Assembly: GCA_031276195.1 (NCBI GenBank)
Contig: JAISNN010000077.1
Span: forward strand, 5,165-69,164
Reading direction: 5' to 3'
Origin: Clostridiales bacterium
GTDB lineage: Bacteria > Bacillota > Clostridia > Christensenellales > JAISNN01
DNA length: 64,000 nucleotides
In this document: piece after piece, positions 29,641 to 39,613 of the stretch
How positions within the stretch are numbered: the stretch's first letter is position 1
Layout of the letters: every line of letters begins with the position of its first letter
The notes under the pieces: model-generated
What the model was told of the DNA's origin: nothing
What the model saw: the letters and a program-made list of their open reading frames with translations, nothing else
Databases searched by the model: none
Translations under genes and position numbers: made by a program

Positions 29641-30465
29641 AACTTTCCCGAACAGCCCCGCAATATCCTTTATCTTTCTCGAAACGGTCTCGAATTCGGA
29701 CGGCAAAATCGACTGATCGCCGTCGCAGAGCGCGTTTTCGGGGTCGTTATGAACCTCGATGATAAGCCCGTCCGCGCCCGACGCGACGGACGCATACGAC
29801 ATAGGCGCGACGAGCCGCGCTATACCCGTAGCGTGGCTGGGGTCTACGATCACGGGAAGGTGCGTCGCCTCCTTTATGAGCGGAATACAAGAAAGGTCTA
29901 AGGTGTTTCTCGTTACGCCCTCGAAGGTTCTGATTCCGCGTTCGCACAAGATGACCTTGCCGTTCCCCTCCGACATAATATATTCCGCGCTCATCAAAAA
30001 TTCCTGAACCGTATTGGCAAGCCCGCGCTTCAATAAAATCGGCTTATCGAGCCGCCCGAGTTCTTTTAACAGTTCAAAATTTTGCATATTCCGCGCCCCG
30101 ACCTGAATCACGTCCACATCGGCGAAAAGCCCGATATGCGCGATGTTCATAATTTCGGTCACGATCGGAAGCCCCGTGATACTCTTAGCCTCCAAAAGGT
30201 ATTCCATTCCGAGCGCTTTCAACCCTTGAAAGGCGTATGGCGACGAACGCGGCTTAAACGCTCCGCCGCGCAGAGCGTGCGCGCCCGATTTTTTGACGCT
30301 TTTTGCGATTTCGACGATTTGCGCCTCCGACTCGACCGAGCAAGGTCCGGCGATGACCGTAAAGTTTTCGCCGCCGATTTTGACGCCGCCGCCGATGTCG
30401 ACGACCGTATCCCCGGGATGGTTTTTCCGGCTGACGCTTTTGAACGCCTTTTCTTTGAGTTCCAT
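29635..30465 (-). CDS. aroF: 3-deoxy-7-phosphoheptulonate (DAHP) synthase, type I-beta (KDO8PS-like)
   Basis: 276 aa; AGPC.VES, LRGGAFKPR.SPY.FQG, KRG motifs of AroG/KdsA-family DAHP synthases. Confidence 0.85.
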   Translation of the reverse strand: MELKEKAFKSVSRKNHPGDTVVDIGGGVKIGGENFTVIAGPCSVESEAQIVEIAKSVKKSGAHALRGGAFKPRSSPYAFQGLKALGMEYLLEAKSITGLPIVTEIMNIAHIGLFADVDVIQVGARNMQNFELLKELGRLDKPILLKRGLANTVQEFLMSAEYIMSEGNGKVILCERGIRTFEGVTRNTLDLSCIPLIKEATHLPVIVDPSHATGIARLVAPMSYASVASGADGLIIEVHNDPENALCDGDQSILPSEFETVSRKIKDIAGLFGKVY

Positions 30466-30886
30466 AAAAAATACTTGCCTCCGCGGTTTTTAAACCGAAA
30501 TATCAAAATAACGTGATGATTATCTAATTCTTTCTTTCGGTTGGAATTCGGTTGGAATAAAGACGGATTTAAAAATAAAAAAAGAGTTCCCATATATCGG
30601 CAACTCTCTATATCCGTTCGTTTGTCAATATATGTTTATTTGCATCTCAAAAAGCGGCTAAAATAAAACCAGCCGAAAAAGAAACTAAACGCAAAATAAA
30701 CATTTTTTAACACTCTATTCATAACGTTTTACATTATAAAATAAAAATTCCGATTTGTCAAGCCTTTTTAAGAACATTTTTCTAAATAATCCCCAAATTT
30801 TCATCTTTTAAATTAAATACGGTACAAAAAAAGTATTAAAGCGGCAAGAAAAGCATTAAAGCGTAAAATATTTTTTGCGCGGCGTA

Positions 30887-30915
30887 TTGACAATTACGTA
30901 TTTTTATGTTATGAT
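30887..30915 (+). promoter_or_regulatory. near-consensus sigma70 promoter TTGACA-17-TATGAT
   Basis: TTGACA 30887-30892, 17-nt spacer, TATGAT 30910-30915; precedes a GC-rich structured segment in an otherwise AT-rich intergenic region. Confidence 0.55.
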
Positions 30916-30921
30916 ATTTTA

Positions 30922-31060
30922 GGTTTCGGGAAAATTAATCTCCTATGCGTCAACCTTAGAGGGTTGCGCGGTGCGGTCGGGCTATGCCCTTTCCGTATGC
31001 CGGGGGTTATTTATGTCCCGCGGCTATCGATCGGAGGTTCGACTCCCCGGTCTTTCTAAA
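30922..31060 (+). ncRNA. candidate structured small RNA of unknown class
   Basis: GC-rich island with several local hairpins (GCGTCAACC..GGTTGCGC, GGGCTATGCCC, CGGAGGTTCGACTCCCCGG with a T-loop-like GGTTCGACTCC) immediately after a strong promoter; followed at 31095-31150 by hairpin + T-run. Confidence 0.3.
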
Positions 31061-31421
31061 AAAAGCGCACGGTATGCTCCTAAGAAGACTTTTGCGGTTT
31101 TCACAAAACCGCAAAAGAGATGAGAGTTCATCTTCCCTTTTTTAAAAAAAACGTTTAAACCTGCCCCGTTCTTTTTTTTCGGCGGTTTTTGCCGTCCGTT
31201 AAAGAAAGGACAAAAAAAGACATACCTTGCGGAAAGGCGGATACCGCGTCCGCCCGAACGTCCGCCGGCAAACACCCGCGGCGCGATTAGGGGTTCGCTC
31301 AAACCTTTCCCCGTACGTTCTTTTTTCGGGTCGGCTTTAAGCGTTTTGAACGTTCCGCTCTTACCGATTTTTTTATTCGTTAAGGGCTTTATATATGCCC
31401 GCAAAAAAAGGAGAAATTAAT

Positions 31422-32579
31422 ATGAAATACGTTATAAAAGACCTTGAAATCGGTTTGCTCTACAAAAACGGTTTATTTGTAAAAAGTTTGCCTAAGGGCG
31501 TTTACAATTATCTCCGTATTTTAAACTACGGCGTGGATATCGCGGACAAAAAACGGCCTTTCGGCGTTTATCTTGCGCAATCCGGATATGACATAAGTAT
31601 GTTCGACGGCGACGAAAATCTCAAAAAAATCTTGCGCCGTATCGCGGTCAAGGACGGCGAAGCGGCTTTTCACTTTACGGACGGCGTTTTTTCCGACATT
31701 CTTTACGGCGGAAACTACTATTATTTTAACGACGTAAACAAACACGACTTCATATTCTGCGACGCCGCGGAAATCGACTTTCCCGAAACGATACCGCATT
31801 CGGTTTTGGATTCCGATAGGTTCAAAGTCTTTAATAACGGCTTCGCGGCTCCCTTTACCGTCGGAAACGGGCGCGAGGGCGCGCTTTTTTGCAACGGAAA
31901 ATTGATTCGCATTCTGCCCGAGGGGAGATATTGGTTCTGCACGAAAAACAAAAAGGTCGAAGTCAAAGAAATCGACAAAAGAATACAATCTATGCAAATC
32001 TCGGGACAGGAACTTTTGACCTCCGATAAAGTCGAGTTGCGCATAAATTTCGCGCTGAGTTACAAAATCAACGACACCTTAAAAGCCGCCTCGGAATACG
32101 ATAAATTTGACGAACAACTGTACCTTTTATTTCAGTTCGCTCTGCGCGAATACGTTTCGACGAAATCTTTGGACGAACTTCTCGTCCAAAAACACGAGAT
32201 CGGAAAGATTATTTTGGACGGCTTGAAGGCGAAAGAACAAGACTTCGGCGTAAGTTTCATCGGCGCGGGAATCAAGGACGTAATTCTCCCGGGAGAGGTG
32301 AAAGATATCTTGAATACCGTCCTTATCGCCGAAAAAAAGGCGTACGCCAACGTCGTTACAAGACGCGAAGAAACCGCGTCGACGAGAAGTCTGCTCAACA
32401 CCGCAAAACTGATGGACGAAAACAAAACTCTGTACCGTTTGAAAGAATTGGAATATTTGGAACGCATCTGCGACAAAGTGGGCTCGATTTCCCTCTCGAA
32501 CGGAGGCGGCTTGATCGAACAATTAAGCGCGCTGACAGGCGAAAAATCCATAGACGGAAAGTCCGCGAAGAAAGGGTAA
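31422..32579 (+). CDS. SPFH/band-7 (slipin/flotillin-like) domain protein
   Basis: SPFH domain in the C-terminal half (TSDKVELRINFALSYKI.D..KA......DEQL...F..ALREYVS...LDELL..K.EIG..I..GL......GV.F); start set to ATG 31422 (MKYVIKDL) with AGGAGA RBS 7 nt upstream. Confidence 0.7.
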   Translation: MKYVIKDLEIGLLYKNGLFVKSLPKGVYNYLRILNYGVDIADKKRPFGVYLAQSGYDISMFDGDENLKKILRRIAVKDGEAAFHFTDGVFSDILYGGNYYYFNDVNKHDFIFCDAAEIDFPETIPHSVLDSDRFKVFNNGFAAPFTVGNGREGALFCNGKLIRILPEGRYWFCTKNKKVEVKEIDKRIQSMQISGQELLTSDKVELRINFALSYKINDTLKAASEYDKFDEQLYLLFQFALREYVSTKSLDELLVQKHEIGKIILDGLKAKEQDFGVSFIGAGIKDVILPGEVKDILNTVLIAEKKAYANVVTRREETASTRSLLNTAKLMDENKTLYRLKELEYLERICDKVGSISLSNGGGLIEQLSALTGEKSIDGKSAKKG

Positions 32580-32726
32580 AAGTCCGTCCGCGTAAATCCC
32601 GAACAACCCGTAAAAAAACGGCATTCTTAAATCGCGGATATAAATCCGCCTTTCTTTAAACAAACGATATCGCGGAACCGAAAATCTCAAACTTATAAAT
32701 ACTATTTAAATAAAGGAAAAACCGAT

Positions 32727-34298
32727 ATGAAACCAAAATCAAAAAAGCCTTTTTTCATCGCAATTTCAATACTTTTGATCGCCGCGTCCGTCGCCGGGGC
32801 GGCATACTTAATCATTCACGCTCCCCCGCGGCACGTACCGCCCGTCCTTTGGGACGACGACACGGAGATCACGGAAAGCGTCGCGACCGAGTTTTCTTAC
32901 GTTGATTTTTCGCAAAGCCCGTCCGATATGTTTTTGACCGCGGACAACGCCGAACCCCTCCTTTCAAACCCGGACCGCGGCTTACGTACGGAAATTTATA
33001 TCAATCTAAGCCTCGCGGGCGGCAAACCCGAAGCCTACCCCGGCAGCGGCAAAGATCCGTATCAATACGCTCTCGACGAATTCGCGAGATACGCCTCCGA
33101 CGGACCGCGCCTGACGCAAGCCTATGTCTATCTCTCGAATTACGGCGAAAAAAAGAAGATAGACGCCGCCGCGTTCGACCAAATGAAACGATTTTTTGAA
33201 CTGTGCCGCGACAACGATATGCGTATGCTTCTCCGGTTTGCCTACGCGACCGAGTCGCCGACCGTAAACGACGCCAAATACGACGTCGTAAAGGCGCACT
33301 TAGACCAAATCGGCGTGTGGATTAAGGACAATCAAAAACTGTTTTCGGACGCCGTATACGCGGTTCAAGCGGGGCTGGTCGGCTATTGGGGCGAGGGGCA
33401 TACAAACTCCAACTTTGACGGCCGTTATATAGGCGTAGCCTTTGAACAACTGATGAACATCACCCCGAAAAGGTTCTACGTGCAGGTGCGCAATACCGGT
33501 CTGCGTTCGCAAATCGACCGTTCTTACATACGGACGGGACGCGTGGGCGCGCACGACGACTATATCGTCGGCGACATAGCGCATATGTGGTCATTTTTCG
33601 GAAGCGGCTTCAAGCCGGAATACCTGCCCATTCTAAAAAACACAATCAACGACGCGGAAATGCCTTGGGGCGTCGCCCTCCGCGACGATTCGCCTACGGG
33701 AGAGCCGCTAAACGACTTGAACGGGTTCGACGTGATCAAACAACTTTCGGACTATTCTATGACTTCCTTTTCGCTGACGCACAACTACCGCGAGATCGAA
33801 GGTCCGCCCGCGCCGCTCAGTATGGAACGGTGGAAAACGCGCTATCTGACGACGGCGGAATTGGACGCGGCGGGCATAGTCTATAACCCGAATCTTTTTA
33901 AAATCACCGAACAAGGCGATGCGCCCGTTATGTCGGCATACGACTTTTTGCGGTATCACTTGGGATATCAACTCGCGCTGTCGGACGTTGCCGTAAACGA
34001 CGGAAAATTGACCTTTTCGGTTACGAATTTCGGTATGGCGGCTCCGCTGAATTTCAACGCCTTTACGCTGGTCTTAGAGGCGGAGGACGGAATGCGGAAA
34101 GAGTTCCGCCTCGCGGGCTACGACAAAGAAACGTTTATGCCGGGAAAAACCGTGAGAGTGTCGGTCGATATCCCGGCGGCTTCCGCGGGGAGCAGATTGG
34201 GCTTGAAATTGGCGATCAAAGGCGGCTCGGATATCGCGGCGCGCTTCGCCAACGAATTGACCTTTCAAGACGGCATAAACTTTGTCGCGGCAATTTAA
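32727..34298 (+). CDS. membrane-anchored secreted protein, putative glycoside-hydrolase-like (DUF4874/DUF4832-like)
   Basis: 523 aa; N-terminal signal anchor; NPDRGLRTEIYIN and GYWGEGH motifs reminiscent of TIM-barrel hydrolase-like DUF families; identity uncertain. Confidence 0.45.
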   Translation: MKPKSKKPFFIAISILLIAASVAGAAYLIIHAPPRHVPPVLWDDDTEITESVATEFSYVDFSQSPSDMFLTADNAEPLLSNPDRGLRTEIYINLSLAGGKPEAYPGSGKDPYQYALDEFARYASDGPRLTQAYVYLSNYGEKKKIDAAAFDQMKRFFELCRDNDMRMLLRFAYATESPTVNDAKYDVVKAHLDQIGVWIKDNQKLFSDAVYAVQAGLVGYWGEGHTNSNFDGRYIGVAFEQLMNITPKRFYVQVRNTGLRSQIDRSYIRTGRVGAHDDYIVGDIAHMWSFFGSGFKPEYLPILKNTINDAEMPWGVALRDDSPTGEPLNDLNGFDVIKQLSDYSMTSFSLTHNYREIEGPPAPLSMERWKTRYLTTAELDAAGIVYNPNLFKITEQGDAPVMSAYDFLRYHLGYQLALSDVAVNDGKLTFSVTNFGMAAPLNFNAFTLVLEAEDGMRKEFRLAGYDKETFMPGKTVRVSVDIPAASAGSRLGLKLAIKGGSDIAARFANELTFQDGINFVAAI

Positions 34299-34689
34299 AA
34301 AACGTAATATTAGCGGTTAGTGATCGGCGAAAGCGGTTATTATATAGCGGACAGCCGCAATTTTAATCGCTTTGCATAAATCTTAACCCATAAAAACTTT
34401 ACAACTCTTAACTCCCTAAAAACTTTAATTATTTATATAAATTATACAAAAAAAGAGTATTCCGAGATATGAAATACTCTTTTTTTGAATTAATTTTGAA
34501 GATTTTGAAAGAATTTTTTACGCAAATCAAGGTATTTTCTGCGGCGTATCGCTAAATAAATAACATCCGATCACTGTCTAACAACCGCATTCACCGATCA
34601 CCCGCCGCTAATTACCGATCGCTAAATAAATAACCTCCGATCACTGCCTAACAACCGCATTCACCGATCACCGCCGCTAAAATATCCCT

Positions 34690-35904
34690 TTACTTTCCCG
34701 CGGTCAATTCAAAAGTTTCTCTTGCTATCACCAATTCTTCGTCCGTCGGGATAACGAGAATTTTGATTTCCGAGTCGGCGGCATTGATTTCGGATATTTC
34801 GCCGCGTTTCGCGGACAGGTTTCTCTCCGCGCAAAACTTCACGCCGAGACCGCAAAGTCCTTTCAAAATCCGCTCTCTCATCTTGACCGAATTTTCGCCG
34901 ATTCCGCCCGTAAAGACGATCGCGTCCGCGCCGTTTAGCGCGGCGAAGTAACTCCCTATGTATTTTTTCACTCTGTACGCGAACATTCCGAGCGCAAGTT
35001 CCGCTCTTTCGTTCCCCTCTTCCGCCGCCGCGCTAAGGTCGCGGAAGTCGCTGCTCACGCCGCTGACTCCCAAAACGCCGCTTTTTTTATTCAAAATATT
35101 GATAGTTTCGGCGAGATTTTTGCCCGTTTTGACGGCGATAAATTCGATTACCGCTGGGTCGAGGTCGCCCGAGCGCGTTCCCATCATAAGCCCTTCCAAG
35201 GGTGTCAGCCCCATCGACGTATCTATGACCTTGCCGTCTTTGACCGCGGCGATCGACGAACCGTTTCCGAGGTGGCACGTTATGATTCTCGACGGATTTT
35301 TACCGATTTTTTCCATATATTTGATCGCCTCGCCCGAAACGTACCTATGCGACGTGCCGTGAAAGCCGTATTTTCTGATTTTGTAGTCGGTGTAATATTC
35401 ATACGGAATCGCATACATAAAGGCGGTTTTGTCCATTGTGCTGTGAAAAGCGGTATCGAACACCGCCGCGTTCGGCGTATCGCGCGCGAGTTCCCTGCAA
35501 GCGTCCACGCAGGCGAGATTCGGCGGCATATGAAGAGGTCCGAGGTCGATATTTTTGCGGCATTTTTGAAGATTTTCCTCCGTCATCAAAACGGACGCGT
35601 TGAAGTCTTCCGCGCCGTGAAGGATTCTGTGTCCGAACGCCGATATGTCCGAAACTCCCGAAATCACGCCGTAATCCTTATCGGTCAGGGCGGCGAAAAC
35701 TTTTTTGAGCGCGTCGGTGTGGTTTGCGATCGCGCCGTCGATACGAACCTCCGCGCCGTCTTTGCCCTTGTGTCCGACGAAAGAACCGTTCAGCCCGATC
35801 CTCTCGACGACGCCCTTCGCGAGTACGGCGTGCGCGCCGTTTTCAAAGCGGAAAAGTTGATATTTGAGAGAAGAACTTCCCGCGTTCAATACTAAAATCG
35901 TCAT
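34690..35904 (-). CDS. ackA: acetate kinase
   Basis: 404 aa; MTILVLNAGSSSLKYQLF N-terminus, HLGNGSS, IVFTGGIGEN motifs. Confidence 0.92.
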   Translation of the reverse strand: MTILVLNAGSSSLKYQLFRFENGAHAVLAKGVVERIGLNGSFVGHKGKDGAEVRIDGAIANHTDALKKVFAALTDKDYGVISGVSDISAFGHRILHGAEDFNASVLMTEENLQKCRKNIDLGPLHMPPNLACVDACRELARDTPNAAVFDTAFHSTMDKTAFMYAIPYEYYTDYKIRKYGFHGTSHRYVSGEAIKYMEKIGKNPSRIITCHLGNGSSIAAVKDGKVIDTSMGLTPLEGLMMGTRSGDLDPAVIEFIAVKTGKNLAETINILNKKSGVLGVSGVSSDFRDLSAAAEEGNERAELALGMFAYRVKKYIGSYFAALNGADAIVFTGGIGENSVKMRERILKGLCGLGVKFCAERNLSAKRGEISEINAADSEIKILVIPTDEELVIARETFELTAGK

Positions 35905-36235
35905 TTATTTTTCTCCTTTTTTTGGTGCGTCTAAGCCGTTAAAAACTTGTTTTTTACTGCTTTTGGTTTGCAATGCCGTATCGTTGTTTTTTTATGAAAT
36001 TACGTTCTTTTTTTCGTTTATTCAATTCAAAAAACTTGCTCTCGCGCCTTTTGGTTCGCAATGCCGTATCGTTGTTTTTTTGCCGTTATTATACCTATAT
36101 AATAAGAACCTTTTTTTAAACCTTGAATTTTTTATACTAAAATCTAAAACGTTTTTTATTCCGCGCGCTTTATACATTCGCTAATATAAACGTTTTTTAT
36201 TCCGCATATTTATATATGCCGCAAAATCCGTTTGT

Positions 36236-37225
36236 TTATTCCGCCTGCAACGCCGTAATCGCCGCCACGTTGACGATATCCCCGACCGAACAGCCCCTCG
36301 ACAAGTCGTTCACGGGCTTTGCCAACCCTTGAATGATCGGTCCGACCGCGTCCGCGTCCGCGTACCGCTGAACCAGCTTATAAGCGATATTCCCCGCCTG
36401 CAAATCGGGGAATACCAAAACGTTCGCCTCCCCCGCGACGACGCTCCCCGGGGCTTTCAGCGCGGCGACGCTTGCCGCGATCGCGGCGTCGGCTTGCAAT
36501 TCGCCGTCGGCTTGCAATTCGGGCGCGATCTCCTTGACCTTTTTCAGCGCGGCGGTAACGTTGTCCACCAGCGCGTGCTTCGCGCTCCCCTTAGTCGAGA
36601 AAGACAGCAGCGCGACTTTCGGTTCGATTCCCGCGATGACCTTTGCGGAATTCGCCGACGCGACCGCGATCGCCGCGAGTTGATCCGCGTCGGGCTGAGG
36701 CACGACCGCGCAGTCCGCGAAAACCATAACGCCGTCTTTCGCGTATTTCGTGTCCTTCATAACCATAATAAAACAACTCGAAACCGTCGAAATATTCGGA
36801 GCGGTCTTGATGATTTGCAGCGCGGGACGCAAGACGTCGCCCGTCGCGCTGACCGACCCCGCGACCATACCGTCCGCCGCGCCCGTCTTTAACATCATCG
36901 CGCCAAAATATAGCGGATTTTGCGCGAGACGCGCCGCTTCCTCGGCGGTAAGCCCTTTGGCTTTTCTCGATTCATAGATAAATTCCGCGTATTTCGCCGT
37001 GTCGGGGTTGTCCTTTATTGCGACGATTTCAATCTTTCCGAAGTCGACGTTCGGATATTTCTTTTTCAATTCCGCTTCGTCGCCGACGAGCAAAACGCGC
37101 GCGATACCCTTCCCGGCGATTTCGGCGGCGGCAAAAATCACCCTTTCGTCGTTGCTTTCGGGCAAAACTATGCGCTTATTTCTGCTTTTCGCCTTCTCGA
37201 TAATGCTATCCATTAACTTAGACAT
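36236..37225 (-). CDS. pta: phosphate acetyltransferase
   Basis: 329 aa short-form Pta; RIVLPE..D.R...A, GLADGMVAG, SxxGSAKH-type motifs. Confidence 0.9.
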   Translation of the reverse strand: MSKLMDSIIEKAKSRNKRIVLPESNDERVIFAAAEIAGKGIARVLLVGDEAELKKKYPNVDFGKIEIVAIKDNPDTAKYAEFIYESRKAKGLTAEEAARLAQNPLYFGAMMLKTGAADGMVAGSVSATGDVLRPALQIIKTAPNISTVSSCFIMVMKDTKYAKDGVMVFADCAVVPQPDADQLAAIAVASANSAKVIAGIEPKVALLSFSTKGSAKHALVDNVTAALKKVKEIAPELQADGELQADAAIAASVAALKAPGSVVAGEANVLVFPDLQAGNIAYKLVQRYADADAVGPIIQGLAKPVNDLSRGCSVGDIVNVAAITALQAE

Positions 37226-37249
37226 ATAAAAAACTCTCCTAAAATATAA

Positions 37250-37545
37250 TTTTTTTCAAATATATAGCGGCATTCCGAAAAATAAAACCGTAAATAACTA
37301 AATACTTAACTTTTATCTTAATTTCCGTATCCACCGTATCTCAATTCCGCATTCCGAAAAACAAAACCGTAAATAACTAAATACTTAACTTTTATTTTAA
37401 TTTCCGTATCCACCGTATCTCAATTCCGTATTCTAAAAAACAAAACCGTAACCGACTAAATATTTAAATTTTATCTTAATTTCCGTATCCACCGTATCTC
37501 AATTCCGTATTCCGAAAAACAAAACCGTAACCGACTCAAAACTCT
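37250..37545. repeat. about 62-bp tandem repeat x4 upstream of pta
   Basis: unit AATTTCCGTATCCACCGTATCTCAATTCCGTATTCCGAAAAACAAAACCGTAA.TAACTAAATACTTAACTTTTAT. Confidence 0.8.
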
Positions 37546-37833
37546 AACCGTTATATTATAAACCAAAGAGGAAAATAAATAAAGTAAATTTAAGCCGATT
37601 AACCAAAAAAACAAAAAAAATCACGCGGCAATCCGATCCCGAACCGCCGCGCAAAAAAAATCACATTAAAAAAATTTCAAAAACTTCCGCGCTCCGCAAA
37701 AAATCCCGATTAAATCAAATGGTACAAAAATTACAACTAACATCGGACGGCGTAAAAATTACGACTAAAATCGTACAATGCAAAATTCCCCTCTCGTTAA
37801 GAGAATACCAAATTGGCGTGGCAACAGACTATT

Positions 37834-37870
37834 CCCCTCCGTGGGAGGGGATCAAAGGGGTGGGGCGACC
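37834..37870. repeat. short palindromic interspersed element
   Basis: ATTCCCCTCCGTGGGAGGGGATCAAAGGGGTGGGGCGACCGATT. Confidence 0.85.
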
Positions 37871-37884
37871 GATTAAAAATTATT

Positions 37885-38238
37885 TTATTTCTTTATTTCC
37901 ACTATGCAATACTTTTTCTGGTTATAAGGATAACCGCCCGCAAACGTAAGTCGTCCTTTTTCTTTTGCATTCTTAGTTAATTGCACTTGAAACTTTTTAC
38001 CGTTTGCGGAAAAAGATGATTTATTATCCTTTTCCCTGTTTGTTGCAATATTTGCAATTTGTATGTTTTCGTACGTATCCTTGCCGCCGTTTGATAACGG
38101 CTGTATATGATCGATATTCCAGCCGTACGGCGAATTCTCGTTTCCGTACTCGCTTTTGTGAATTTCGCGTCCCGCGAAATCATACGCTATCTGCTTATTT
38201 CCAAAGTCCTTTTCCCACAAATATATTTCATTCGACAT
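37885..38238 (-). CDS. small HNH-family endonuclease
   Basis: 117 aa; NIDHIQPLSNGGKDTYENIQIANIATN = HNH/His-Me finger core (DH...P...GG....N); RBS GGAGGA; low-GC gene. Confidence 0.7.
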   Translation of the reverse strand: MSNEIYLWEKDFGNKQIAYDFAGREIHKSEYGNENSPYGWNIDHIQPLSNGGKDTYENIQIANIATNREKDNKSSFSANGKKFQVQLTKNAKEKGRLTFAGGYPYNQKKYCIVEIKK

Positions 38239-38405
38239 AAATATGTCCTCCGTTAGTTTTTTTCGGCAATGCCGTCAATCTTTTATTTTTTTATTTCCGC
38301 TATGCAATACTTTTTACTTGAATAGTCATATCCGCCCTTCCGCCCGCCGCCGTCTTTAACTACGGCGGTTTTTAGTACGGATTAAAGTTTAGCGAATATC
38401 TTTTG

Positions 38406-38963
38406 TTATTCTTTTGCTTTCGCAAAGAATGTCGCTCTGCTGTCGTTTACCGTTTGCTTTTTTATTTCTTCCAGATCCGTTATTTTTTGGTATCTAATTC
38501 TCAGTTGTCCGGCGTATTCTTGTTCGGCTTGCGCGTATTTTTCTTGATATTCTTTTTTATATGTATCGTATTTATAGTATGCTATTATTTTATACGCTAT
38601 TAGACTTAACGATATTATTACCGGGTACACCGTTATATTTGAACTCATGGCCGATGTTATGACTATCGCGGAAATCATTATAATTATTAAGACGTTTATT
38701 AGTTTTGTTTTGGGTTTTTCTTTCATTTCTTCAAATTGAAATAATATCGTTGTGTTTTTCAGTTTATTTATTTGTTCTTGTGTGTTTTCATATTGTATTT
38801 GATATTTTAGCAAATCACCGTAAACCGGGTTTTGCGTTTCTCTTGATAAGGCTATCCCTTTTTCAGTTACGGACAGCAACTCCCATCCGAAACTTTCATA
38901 ATCATATATGATTTGTTGCTTATCTTCTTTCTGACATTCTATCAATTTCGATTCTCTTGACAT
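38406..38963 (-). CDS. hypothetical membrane protein (2 TM helices, coiled-coil tail), co-oriented immediately upstream of the HNH gene
   Basis: 185 aa; cytoplasmic N-domain, TM helices LINVLIIIMISAIVITSAM and VYPVIISLSLIAYKIIAYY, charged C-terminal coiled coil; very AT-rich. Confidence 0.6.
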   Translation of the reverse strand: MSRESKLIECQKEDKQQIIYDYESFGWELLSVTEKGIALSRETQNPVYGDLLKYQIQYENTQEQINKLKNTTILFQFEEMKEKPKTKLINVLIIIMISAIVITSAMSSNITVYPVIISLSLIAYKIIAYYKYDTYKKEYQEKYAQAEQEYAGQLRIRYQKITDLEEIKKQTVNDSRATFFAKAKE

Positions 38964-39193
38964 ATATTATATGTACTCCTTTTTGCTTTTTTTCGGCAAT
39001 CCCCCACAATACTTTATTTTTTTAGTACCATTACCGTATTATGTATTCATATTAACATAACTTTCAATATGATGTCAACTATTTTACATACCATACCTTG
39101 AAATAATTATAATTATATCATTTTACCAATTTTCATAACTGTATAGCGGAAGCCTTTTTGCTCTATAATTTTAGTGTCGATAAGGGAGGCGTT

Positions 39194-39502
39194 ATGGAAC
39201 TTGACGAATTGATTCACAGAATAGGCGTATTGCGCGCCCGCGCAAACCTTTCCGCGCGCGCTTTGAGCCTGAAAATCAATATGAACGAATGCTATATCAA
39301 CCGCTTGGAAAACAATAAAACAAAGTTCGAGCCGTCTCTCGGCACGCTTTTTTCGATCATCGAGGCTTGCGATTCGACGCCCGAAGAATTCTTTTATCAC
39401 AATATAAACGAATTTAAAATCGACAAACAAACCATAGACCTCTTGAAAAAACTCTCTCACGAACAAAAAGAAGCCCTTATGACACTGTTAAAAAATAAAT
39501 GA
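39194..39502 (+). CDS. XRE-family helix-turn-helix transcriptional regulator
   Basis: start moved to ATG 39194 (MELDELIHRIGVLRARANLSARALSLKINMNECYINRLEN) with AGGGAGG RBS; classic HTH_3 pattern; divergent from the membrane-protein/HNH pair. Confidence 0.75.
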   Translation: MELDELIHRIGVLRARANLSARALSLKINMNECYINRLENNKTKFEPSLGTLFSIIEACDSTPEEFFYHNINEFKIDKQTIDLLKKLSHEQKEALMTLLKNK

Positions 39503-39538
39503 CAACAAAACAATAAATTTCAACGAATATAAAATATG

Positions 39539-39596
39539 CGGCGGAAAACTTTTTTTAAAAAAACTTTTCCGCCGCATTCTTTATTTAACATTCTCT
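39539..39596 (+). terminator. palindromic terminator element (GCGGCGGAAAACTTTTTTTAAAAAAACTTTTCCGCCGC)
   Basis: perfect long inverted repeat with AT-rich centre after the XRE gene; member of the GGGAAAACTTTTT family. Confidence 0.55.
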
Positions 39597-39613
39597 AATT
39601 TTTGCAATTTAAA

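Noticed and set aside
30922-31060. tRNA or tmRNA (T-loop-like GGTTCGACTCC)
   Set aside because: I could not form an acceptor stem, D-arm or canonical T-stem. There is no CCA or 5' GGGG pairing typical of tmRNA. It is kept only as an unknown sRNA candidate.
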